Source of the DNA: Minisyncoccia bacterium
GTDB lineage: Bacteria; Patescibacteriota; Minisyncoccia; Phycocordibacterales; UBA9973
Reading direction: 5' to 3'
NCBI GenBank assembly: GCA_049303835.1
Contig: JBAQNN010000004.1
Span: 2,784-66,783, forward strand
Length of the DNA stretch: 64,000 nucleotides
This document shows, in pieces, positions 9,310 through 17,539 of the stretch; positions within the stretch are counted from its first letter, which is position 1; the number at the start of each line of letters is the position of its first letter. The notes beneath the pieces are model-generated. The model worked only from the letters and a program-made list of their open reading frames with translations, had not been told where the DNA came from and made no database searches. Both the position numbers and the translations under genes were made by a program.

Positions 9310-9353
9310 GTGCTACTCCTTCCGCTTAATATTATACTCTTTATTTATTGAAA

Positions 9354-10064
9354 TTAAATATTTTGATTTATCTCGGATCTAATAAAATAAAGTCTTCGGT
9401 GTTCATTGTCAAAACGAAGACTATCTTGCCCTCCATCTCTTTTTGGACCGTTTACTTCCCGAGGATTAAAACCCAAAACCTGTTTTACGTTTTCTTTTAG
9501 TATTTCAACCGATAAAAGATAATCATTCATTTTTTTTCTTTGTTCTGTTAATTCTACCGGAGTCAATTTACCAAGAGATCCTCCGACAATCACGGCATCG
9601 GTCGTCCCCGATTCACATTTTTCTTTCATTTTTAAAAGCTGTGTTTTCAGATCATCCAAAAATGGATATATCCTTCTGACTTGCTCTTTCTTGGCCTCAT
9701 CCGCAAAAACATATTCTTTCATAAAAGAAATCATCCCCGGGGGTTGATGAGTCAAAAAAGAAATATTTTTCTTGGTTTCTTTGTCTAGACCCGAAACAAT
9801 CAAACTAGTACACCTGTTTAATCCTTCCGTAAATTTATCCTTATCATCTATCGCTGAGATGACATAAGTAGTAGGCCCGGCAGTAAAAAACTCTCCTTTC
9901 TGTCCGGATTGATATACCCCATTTTTCCAATCTACCCCAAAAGAGACAGCAGATTCCAAATCTTGTTTGGAAAAATCTTCCGGAGTACCGATGCAAACCA
10001 CGATAGGTTTTACCCCTTCTTTTAGATGCTCTCGCGGATTAGGAAATTTAAATTTTTCTTCCAT
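9354..10064 (-). CDS. Hypothetical protein
   Basis: 236-aa ORF with no recognised motif. Confidence 0.4.
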   Translation of the reverse strand: MEEKFKFPNPREHLKEGVKPIVVCIGTPEDFSKQDLESAVSFGVDWKNGVYQSGQKGEFFTAGPTTYVISAIDDKDKFTEGLNRCTSLIVSGLDKETKKNISFLTHQPPGMISFMKEYVFADEAKKEQVRRIYPFLDDLKTQLLKMKEKCESGTTDAVIVGGSLGKLTPVELTEQRKKMNDYLLSVEILKENVKQVLGFNPREVNGPKRDGGQDSLRFDNEHRRLYFIRSEINQNI

Positions 10065-10066
10065 TT

Positions 10067-11062
10067 TTATTTCTCGCTTAGAGTATAGCGATCCAAGATG
10101 GCTTCAAAGATGAGCGGAGCGACGATAGTGGCATCCGACTCAATCACAAACATTGGAGTTTCTTTCGTTAGTTTGTCCCAAGTAATTTTTTCGTTTGGGG
10201 TAGCTCCGGAATACGAACCATATGAAGTGGTACTGTCGGAAATCTGACAGAAATATCCCCAAGGGCGAACAGGTTTTTTCAAGTCATATTTAATGCTTGG
10301 CACTACGCAAATCGGGAAATCGCCGGAAATTCCTCCACCAATCTGGAAAAACCCTAAGCCTGGACCATCTTTGGCAAGCTCTGTGTATCTGTCGTAGAGA
10401 TACATCATATACTCTACCCCCGTCTTCATCACACTAGGTTTTACCTCGCCTGCTTTGCAATATCCAGCAAAAATATTTCCGAGCGTAGAGTCTTCCCAAC
10501 CCGGAACCACGATAGGTAAATTTTTCTTCGCTGCTTCCAAAAGCCAACAGTGTTCGGGATTGCCTTCGTATTTACCATGGAGTTCGTCCGAGAGAAGGAT
10601 TTGATAAAAATATTCATGCGGGAAATATCGCTCCCCCTTTGCCTCTGCGTCCTTCCAATGTTTTAAAATAATCGGCTCCATCACGCGAAAAGCTTCTTCT
10701 TCCGGGATAGAAGTATCGGTCACTCGCCTCTCGCCTCTGTTTAAGATAGCTTCATCGTCTTCTTTGGTAAAATATCGGTAATCGGGATAATCTTTGTAAC
10801 TATCGTGCGCTACTAGGCGGAAGATTGACTCTTCTAAATTTGCCCCGGTACAAGACACGGCATGAATCTTGCCTTCTCTTATCATCGCTGCCAAAGTGAT
10901 ACCCATTTGTGCGGAAGACATGGCACCCCCCATAGCGAGGAGCATCTTGCCTCCCTCGTCTAAGTGTTTCTTGTAAGCGAGCGTCGCATCCTTCATCGCT
11001 CGAGCGTTAAAGTTATGGAATAATTTCTGAAACAAACCCAAAATTGTAGTTTCGTTTTTCAT
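10067..11062 (-). CDS. Deoxyhypusine synthase-like protein
   Basis: DHS family signatures (SCTGANLEE, QIGGG...). Start taken at MKNETT. Confidence 0.75.
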   Translation of the reverse strand: MKNETTILGLFQKLFHNFNARAMKDATLAYKKHLDEGGKMLLAMGGAMSSAQMGITLAAMIREGKIHAVSCTGANLEESIFRLVAHDSYKDYPDYRYFTKEDDEAILNRGERRVTDTSIPEEEAFRVMEPIILKHWKDAEAKGERYFPHEYFYQILLSDELHGKYEGNPEHCWLLEAAKKNLPIVVPGWEDSTLGNIFAGYCKAGEVKPSVMKTGVEYMMYLYDRYTELAKDGPGLGFFQIGGGISGDFPICVVPSIKYDLKKPVRPWGYFCQISDSTTSYGSYSGATPNEKITWDKLTKETPMFVIESDATIVAPLIFEAILDRYTLSEK

Positions 11063-11149
11063 ACCCTCATTATATAAAATATAAAACAAAAAAAGCAACA
11101 CGATTTGAACTGGTTTGCTTTTTGGATACAAATATGTAATAATGTGTGC

Positions 11150-11380
11150 ATGAATTTAGTAGCGAGTATCTTGCCATATGCGCAGATTATTCTTTCAGTA
11201 ATATTAATAGCAGCAATCTTACTTCAGCAATCCGCGGCCGGTACAGGGGGAGCATTGGGAGGAAGCGACGCTGGTTCTTTTCATCATACTCGTAGAGGAT
11301 TTGAAAGATTTCTTTTCTATTTGGCCCTAGCTTGTGCCATTCTTTTTGCTTTATTTGCATTTTTGTCTATAATTATCTAG
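11150..11380 (+). CDS. secG: Preprotein translocase subunit SecG
   Basis: LLQQS..G-rich loop, two TMs, HTRRGFER. Confidence 0.75.
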   Translation: MNLVASILPYAQIILSVILIAAILLQQSAAGTGGALGGSDAGSFHHTRRGFERFLFYLALACAILFALFAFLSIII

Positions 11381-11477
11381 TAAGCAAAGAACAGCCTTAA
11401 CTTGTTTGGTTTATCTGATTACTTCTCTAAATGTTTCTAAATTTATCTCAAGTAATATTTACACTATAAATTCTCAT

Positions 11478-13229
11478 ATGGAAAATCTTTTTAGTCGGAT
11501 GCGAAATTTTAAATTACCAAAGAAAGAGGAAATAAATAGGGCACTAGCTACTTTCTCAAGAAAAGAATGGGCTATTTTTAGTGTGTTACTCTTAGCTCTT
11601 TTAATAAGTACAATATCTATCGTACAGAGCATAAACAAATCCTTGATGGTGAGTGTACCGTTGCGCGGAGGATCCATCTCTATCGGAATCATAGGCACTC
11701 CACGTTTTATAAACCCAGTCTTAGCTACTTCTCCGGTAGACCAAGATCTGGTCGCTATGATTTATTCCGGTCTTATGAGGAAAAATCCCGACGGGACAAT
11801 TACCCCTGACTTGGCTGAAAAATATGAGATGGATAAAAATGGTCTGGTATATACATTTACTCTGAAAGATAAAATATTTTTTCAAGACGGAAAAGCCATC
11901 ACCGCTGATGACATAGTATTTACCGTCAGTAAAGTAAGGGATTCAATAATTAAAAGCCCACGCAAAGTGGATTGGGATGGAATTACTGTGCAAAAAATAG
12001 ACGAAAAAACGGTGGAGTTTACTCTCAAACAACCTTATTCCTCGTTTCTGGAAAATGCGACCATCGGTATAATGCCCCTACATTTGTGGAATGATTCCCC
12101 CATAGAACTAAATAATGCCAATACTTCCCCGATAGGGTCTGGCCCATACAAGGTGGAAGATTTTACCCAAGAATCTTCGGGAATAATCAATTCCTATAAA
12201 TTATCTTCGTTTAAAAAATTTATCCTGGGTGAGCCACATATTGAGAGTGTAAACTTACATTTTTATTCAAACGAAGAATCTCTCATCGCTGCATTGGAAA
12301 AAAAGGAAGTGGACCAGATAAGTTCTATCACCCCTCTAAACGCGGACATCTTGAAAGAAAGAAATTACAAAATAGAATCCTCGGTGATACCCAGAGTATT
12401 CGGACTTTTCTTCAATCAAAACCAAAACCACCTTTTTACTGATAAGGTCATAACCAAAGCTATCAACAGAGCTATAGATAAAAATAAAATAATCCGTGAA
12501 GTACTTTTTGGATACGGAGTAGCTATAGATGAACCAATACCTCCAAATATGCTGGCCTACAGAGAATACAAAGAAGGAAATCTTTCGCGTGAGGAAATCT
12601 TGGAAGATGTACAAAATAGTTTAATCAAAGATGGATGGACCAAGGGAGAAGATGGTTTCCTGGAAAAAATTATCACCGACAAAAACAAAAAAAAGACGAC
12701 CACCCCGTTACAATTTTCCATCTCTACCGGTAACGCACCTGAATTGGTAAAAACCGCTGAGATAATAAAACAAGATTTGACTGCCGTCGGTATGAAGGTT
12801 GATATAAAAACTTTTGAAGTTGGTAATCTAAACCAAAGTGTCATCCGCCCCCGCAAATATGACGCTTTGCTTTTCGGACAAATCATCACTGACGAAGCCG
12901 ACTTGTACGCTTTCTGGCATTCTTCCCAAAGAAAGGACCCCGGATTTAATGTAGCTATGTATACCAACGCCAAAGTAGATAAAATTTTAGAAGAAGCTTT
13001 CATAACAGTAAGTGAAGAAGAGCGAATAAAAAAATACATACAATTTGAAGATGAAATAAAAAAGGACATGCCGGCTGTGTTCTTATATAGTCCTAATTAT
13101 ATTTACACTGTCCCAGATAAGCTAAAAGGAGCTCTAGTAAGTCATATGGTCTCCCCCTCCGATCGCTTCTTAAATATACATTCTTGGTTCACGGAAACCG
13201 AGAATGTTTGGAAAATATTCACTAAATAG
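11478..13229 (+). CDS. ABC-transporter family-5 substrate-binding protein (OppA/DppA-like), N-terminal TM anchor, orphan
   Basis: SBP_bac_5-like sequence throughout; ATG at MENLF; no adjacent permease or ATPase genes. Confidence 0.7.
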   Translation: MENLFSRMRNFKLPKKEEINRALATFSRKEWAIFSVLLLALLISTISIVQSINKSLMVSVPLRGGSISIGIIGTPRFINPVLATSPVDQDLVAMIYSGLMRKNPDGTITPDLAEKYEMDKNGLVYTFTLKDKIFFQDGKAITADDIVFTVSKVRDSIIKSPRKVDWDGITVQKIDEKTVEFTLKQPYSSFLENATIGIMPLHLWNDSPIELNNANTSPIGSGPYKVEDFTQESSGIINSYKLSSFKKFILGEPHIESVNLHFYSNEESLIAALEKKEVDQISSITPLNADILKERNYKIESSVIPRVFGLFFNQNQNHLFTDKVITKAINRAIDKNKIIREVLFGYGVAIDEPIPPNMLAYREYKEGNLSREEILEDVQNSLIKDGWTKGEDGFLEKIITDKNKKKTTTPLQFSISTGNAPELVKTAEIIKQDLTAVGMKVDIKTFEVGNLNQSVIRPRKYDALLFGQIITDEADLYAFWHSSQRKDPGFNVAMYTNAKVDKILEEAFITVSEEERIKKYIQFEDEIKKDMPAVFLYSPNYIYTVPDKLKGALVSHMVSPSDRFLNIHSWFTETENVWKIFTK

Positions 13230-13249
13230 ATTATAAATTAATAATTAAA

Positions 13250-15217
13250 ATGACAAAGAAAACAAGACTATCTTTCAGCGCGATAAGTGTTGATGAAAAA
13301 AAAGAAAATATTACAAACGCTCCACACCCGCAAAATAAACGTACGGCATCTGTGGTGCCGATAGACCACCGAAAAAGAACAACCAAAAGTTCTACTTATC
13401 AATACACAAAAAAAAGATACGGGCAAACCAAGGGGTCCAACCAGAATCAGTTTAATTCAAAAAATCAATACAAAAATTCTAAAAACACAAAGATACCTCC
13501 ACCGGAAGCGGGAGTGGTGCGTATTATACCTTTGGGAGGAGTAGAAGAAATCGGAAAAAACATGACCGCGATAGAAATAGGAGATGACATCATCATCGTA
13601 GATGCCGGTATGCATTTTTCCACAGAGGCAACTCCTGGAGTTGACTATGTGATACCAAACACAACTTATCTAGAAGAACGTAAGGATAAAATCCGAGCAC
13701 TTTTTATAACACACGGACATTTGGACCACATAGGAGGAGCGCCGTTGGTTTTATCGCGCATCGGGAATCCACCGGTTTATTCCAGAAAACTCTCAATTCT
13801 TTTAATGAGAAAACGTCAAGCAGAGTTTCCTCATCTGCCTGCCATGAAAGAAAATATAGTAGAAAAAGATTCCGTAATAACTTGTGGAAAGATAAAAGTT
13901 AGATTCTTTGGTGTCACCCACACCATCCCGGATTCAATGGGAGTGATAGTGGAAACAGAACATGGCTGGATAATAACTCCAGGAGACTACAAACTTGACC
14001 AAGTGGACGGAATTGTTTCTAAGGAAGAAGAAAAAGAATACTCTATTTTTGATAAAGCAAAAGTACTCCTTCTGATGACTGATTCCACCAACATTGAAAA
14101 TGAAGGATTTTCTTTGCCGGAAATAAAAGTGCATCAAGGACTAGAAAATTTATTAAAAAAAAGCCAAGGGAGATTGATTATCGCGGCCTTTGCTTCCCAC
14201 ATCACTCGACTGGCTCATATAGTAAAGGTGGCGGAAGCTATGGGAAAGAAGATAGCCATTGACGGACGCTCCATGAAAACAAACATTGATGTGGCGATAG
14301 AAGCCGGATTTTTTACTCCTAAAAAAGGAGCCATCATACCGCTTGAGGAAGCAAATAATTATCCCCCAAATAAAGTAGTGGTATTGATGACCGGAGCACA
14401 AGGAGAGGAGTTCGCTGCTCTCAATCGTGCGGCAAACAAATCCAATACAAAGTTTGCACTGCACAAAGGAGACACGATAATTCTCTCTGCTTCTATTGTT
14501 CCCGGCAATGAACTTCAAGTCCAAAAAATGAAAGATAACCTGACGAGGCTGGGGGTACGTATCATCACTTACCGAACGGGAGGTGAAGACTTCGTGCATG
14601 CGACAGGCCACGGCAACCAAGAAGATATAAAGTGGCTTCATAGAAAGACTCATCCGAAATTTTTTATCCCTATACACGGACATCACTCTATGCTTGTACG
14701 CCATAAAGAACTGGCAATGGAGCTCGGGATGCCTGAAGAAAACATCATTGTTCCTGACAATGGTTCTGTAATTGAAATATCGGCCGACGGACAAAAGATA
14801 ATAGCTCGTAAAGAACGTGCACCGTCTAGCCCAATGATGGTAGATGGAACTTCTATAAGTGACACTCAAGATGTAGTAATCCGAGACCGAGTTATGCTCG
14901 CCCAAGATGGAATGTTCGTCATCATAGCACTTTTGGACCAAAAAACAGGAAAACTAAAAAAATCTCCTGATTTAATTTCTCGTGGATTTGTTTACCTAAA
15001 AGAAAATCAGGAGCTCCTACGCCAAGTAAGAATTATCATCAAAAGTGGAGTAGAAGATACAAATACAAAAATGCACACAGGACCAAGCAATAGATTGGAT
15101 GGTGGGTCTATGGATTTTGATAAAATCAAAGCAAATCTTGGTGAGAATATATCAAAATTCCTATATCAAAAAACCGGCAAAAGACCACTGGTCATACCTG
15201 TGATATTAAGTGTATAA
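13250..15217 (+). CDS. rnj: Ribonuclease J (beta-CASP metallo-beta-lactamase)
   Basis: HGHLDHIGG motif, beta-CASP region, ~560-aa core plus a basic N-terminal extension. Confidence 0.9.
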   Translation: MTKKTRLSFSAISVDEKKENITNAPHPQNKRTASVVPIDHRKRTTKSSTYQYTKKRYGQTKGSNQNQFNSKNQYKNSKNTKIPPPEAGVVRIIPLGGVEEIGKNMTAIEIGDDIIIVDAGMHFSTEATPGVDYVIPNTTYLEERKDKIRALFITHGHLDHIGGAPLVLSRIGNPPVYSRKLSILLMRKRQAEFPHLPAMKENIVEKDSVITCGKIKVRFFGVTHTIPDSMGVIVETEHGWIITPGDYKLDQVDGIVSKEEEKEYSIFDKAKVLLLMTDSTNIENEGFSLPEIKVHQGLENLLKKSQGRLIIAAFASHITRLAHIVKVAEAMGKKIAIDGRSMKTNIDVAIEAGFFTPKKGAIIPLEEANNYPPNKVVVLMTGAQGEEFAALNRAANKSNTKFALHKGDTIILSASIVPGNELQVQKMKDNLTRLGVRIITYRTGGEDFVHATGHGNQEDIKWLHRKTHPKFFIPIHGHHSMLVRHKELAMELGMPEENIIVPDNGSVIEISADGQKIIARKERAPSSPMMVDGTSISDTQDVVIRDRVMLAQDGMFVIIALLDQKTGKLKKSPDLISRGFVYLKENQELLRQVRIIIKSGVEDTNTKMHTGPSNRLDGGSMDFDKIKANLGENISKFLYQKTGKRPLVIPVILSV

Positions 15218-15220
15218 ATT

Positions 15221-16381
15221 ATGTTCAAAAACAATACTAAATTAAAAAATATCTTCCTGATGGGTTTTTTATTGTCTCTACACCTAGCCTTCACTTCTTA
15301 TATCAATTCTAGCTTTCTATCTATCTCCTCTACCGAAAAATATGTAGGATTGATATATATACTAGGTTCTTTAGCTTCTATCTCTGCTCTTTTTTTTGTT
15401 CCTCTAATGCTTCGCAAGATGGGCGGCTATAAATTTCTACTTTGGTCATCGGGACTAAACGCCCTTTCTCTCCTCTTGTTATCTGTCCTAAAAACTCCGG
15501 CCCAGGTCATACTTATTTTTATTTTTTATTTTACTCTCAACAACATACTCATCTTTGCCCTAGATGAGCTGTTGGAAATATTTTCTAGAAATTCTTCTAC
15601 CGGAAAAGTCCGCGGACTATACCTGACAGTAGTCAACCTAGCCTGGGTAATTTCACAATTTTTCTCAGGTAGGACGCTAGCAGAATTTTCTTTTTCCACC
15701 ATTTATGTCATAGCCTTCATTATCATGAGTATTTTCTTCTTAACTACCTTGCTAAGTCTAGAAAATCTGAAAGATCCAAAATATGATAGGGCTTTTGCTT
15801 GGCAATCTTTTAAAAAATTTTTTGCTGACAAAAACCTCGCCCGTTCCTATGGAATAAATTTTCTTCTACAATTTTTTTATACTTGGATGGTGATATATAC
15901 ACCAATTTACCTATCTGCTCATTTGGGATTTGACTGGAAAGAAATAGGGATAATTTTCACAACAATGCTCTTGCCTTTTGTTTTTATCCAATTTCCCCTC
16001 GGTCAATACTCGGACAAAATAGGCGAGAGGAAAATGCTTATGATCGGATTTTTCATCACAGCCATTACTACCATGGCACTATTTTTTATAGGAAAAAACG
16101 AAGTTTGGATATGGGCTTTAATTTTATTTTGCACCCGAGTCGGAGCTGCCACTGTAGAAGTGATGAGTGATGTTCACTTTTTCAGACATATTGATAAAGA
16201 AAATGACGGGTTTGTCAGTGTATATAGAAACGCGGGTCCTGCTGCTTATGTCCTGGGGCCAATTACCGCTTTTATTGTATTTTTACTCACACCATCTTTT
16301 AATTTTATTTTTCTTATTCTGGGAGCATTAATGTTCGGCGGGGTTTATCTGGCTAGCACAATAAGCAAACAAGATATCTAG
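15221..16381 (+). CDS. MFS-type transporter
   Basis: ~12 predicted TM segments with MFS-like topology. Confidence 0.5.
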   Translation: MFKNNTKLKNIFLMGFLLSLHLAFTSYINSSFLSISSTEKYVGLIYILGSLASISALFFVPLMLRKMGGYKFLLWSSGLNALSLLLLSVLKTPAQVILIFIFYFTLNNILIFALDELLEIFSRNSSTGKVRGLYLTVVNLAWVISQFFSGRTLAEFSFSTIYVIAFIIMSIFFLTTLLSLENLKDPKYDRAFAWQSFKKFFADKNLARSYGINFLLQFFYTWMVIYTPIYLSAHLGFDWKEIGIIFTTMLLPFVFIQFPLGQYSDKIGERKMLMIGFFITAITTMALFFIGKNEVWIWALILFCTRVGAATVEVMSDVHFFRHIDKENDGFVSVYRNAGPAAYVLGPITAFIVFLLTPSFNFIFLILGALMFGGVYLASTISKQDI

Positions 16382-16833
16382 TTTTTTGCTCTCAGTCTTA
16401 GCAAGTGATTTTTGTAGATATTTTCTTTGTATGGCTTCAAGCGCACAATCCTGACCGAAATGCCTCTATTTTTTAAGTATTTTTTTAGATTTTTAACATA
16501 CGCTTTTTGGTCATAACCGAGGGCAATAATACGGGGACGCATTTTCACGATATGCGAAATATGATCTTCCATTCCAGCCAATACCACCTTATCCACCAGA
16601 CTACATTTTTTGACCAAAATTTTTCTTTGCTTTTCGTTTTTATCAGGATATTTTCCTTTAATTTTTAAAACGTTTTTATCTCTGGCAATAGATACAATTA
16701 AAAAAGGATCTGGCGCCAGGTTTTTTGCCTGTTTAAAAAAATTAAGGTGTCCTTGATGCAACCCGTCAAAGGTTCCAAATACCATTATTCTATGGGTCTT
16801 TTTGGCCTTTTCCACAGTTCTTTTTGACATCAT
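16378..16833 (-). CDS. Cytidylyltransferase-like nucleotidyltransferase (RibL/FAD-synthase-like)
   Basis: GTFDGLHQGH (GxFDxxHxGH) motif. Confidence 0.6.
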   Translation of the reverse strand: MMSKRTVEKAKKTHRIMVFGTFDGLHQGHLNFFKQAKNLAPDPFLIVSIARDKNVLKIKGKYPDKNEKQRKILVKKCSLVDKVVLAGMEDHISHIVKMRPRIIALGYDQKAYVKNLKKYLKNRGISVRIVRLKPYKENIYKNHLLRLRAKN

Positions 16834-16879
16834 ATAAGGTAAGTATATACTAAGTAAGTTCCTTTTTAAAAATATAGAA

Positions 16880-17040
16880 ATGATTCGGGGAAACTGGTGA
16901 AAATCCAGTACAGTGCCGCTACGGTAAATCCTAATAAAAAAATAGGATAAGTCCGACTACCAATCATTTTATGTGTCCCGAGCAGGATAACCCTTTCTTT
17001 TTTGAAGGCCCACAAATTCTGCTCACAACAGAATTTTTTT
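16880..17040 (+). promoter_or_regulatory. Cobalamin (AdoCbl) riboswitch with terminator expression platform
   Basis: GGGGAAACTGGTGAAAATCCAGTACAGTGCCGCTACGGTAAATCC matches the cobalamin riboswitch core. A B12-box-like AAGTCCGACTACC follows. Hairpin AATTCTGctcacaaCAGAATT plus T7 lies immediately before the ATG at 17041. Confidence 0.65.
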
Positions 17041-17535
17041 ATGTCTAAATTTATAATAAAAAACAAAATAGTTAGTTTCTGTGTCATTATTGCAATAATT
17101 ATCTTTACAATATTTCTTCTAACTTACAATAAGGGCGATGAGGAAGTAACAGTCTTTACAAACTCCACAGAAAAAACTAGTGAAATAAAATCTGAAAAAG
17201 TTGAAACAACAAAAGAAACAAAACCAACTCTCCGGTCTCTCCCCTCTAAAAATACCGAAAAAATAACCATCATCGCTGGAGAAGAAAAAGTGAGTTTATT
17301 CGTCTCCACCAATACGCTTTTTTATGATGCCTTGGTAGAGGCCAAAAACAAAGGAACCTTGATATTTTCGGGAAAAAATTATTCGGGTATGGGATTTTTT
17401 GTTACCAACATCGGAACACTCCATGCTGGAGACGGGAAGGATTTACTTTATTATGTTAATGGCAAAGAAGCGACTGTCGGCGTTTCTTCTTATGTGCTCA
17501 AAGATGGTGACGTCCTAGAGTGGAAATTAGAATAA
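17041..17535 (+). CDS. DUF4430 (transcobalamin beta-domain-like) membrane-anchored B12-binding protein
   Basis: C-terminal YYVNGKEATVGVSSYVLKDGDVLEW signature. Sits directly under the cobalamin riboswitch. Confidence 0.65.
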   Translation: MSKFIIKNKIVSFCVIIAIIIFTIFLLTYNKGDEEVTVFTNSTEKTSEIKSEKVETTKETKPTLRSLPSKNTEKITIIAGEEKVSLFVSTNTLFYDALVEAKNKGTLIFSGKNYSGMGFFVTNIGTLHAGDGKDLLYYVNGKEATVGVSSYVLKDGDVLEWKLE

Positions 17536-17539
17536 TTTT

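Noticed and set aside
9058-9351. + strand 97-aa ORF over the GC island
   Set aside because: Arg/Pro/Gly/Leu-rich composition with no RBS. The opposite-strand 76-aa ORF has a strong SD and terminator.
13934-14941. Minus-strand ORFs of 67 and 262 aa
   Set aside because: They lie antisense inside the well-supported RNase J gene and have low-complexity Phe/Tyr/Cys-rich composition, so they are artefacts.
16866-17087. Minus-strand 73-aa ORF
   Set aside because: It overlaps the cobalamin riboswitch and the leader of the DUF4430 gene and is not plausibly coding.
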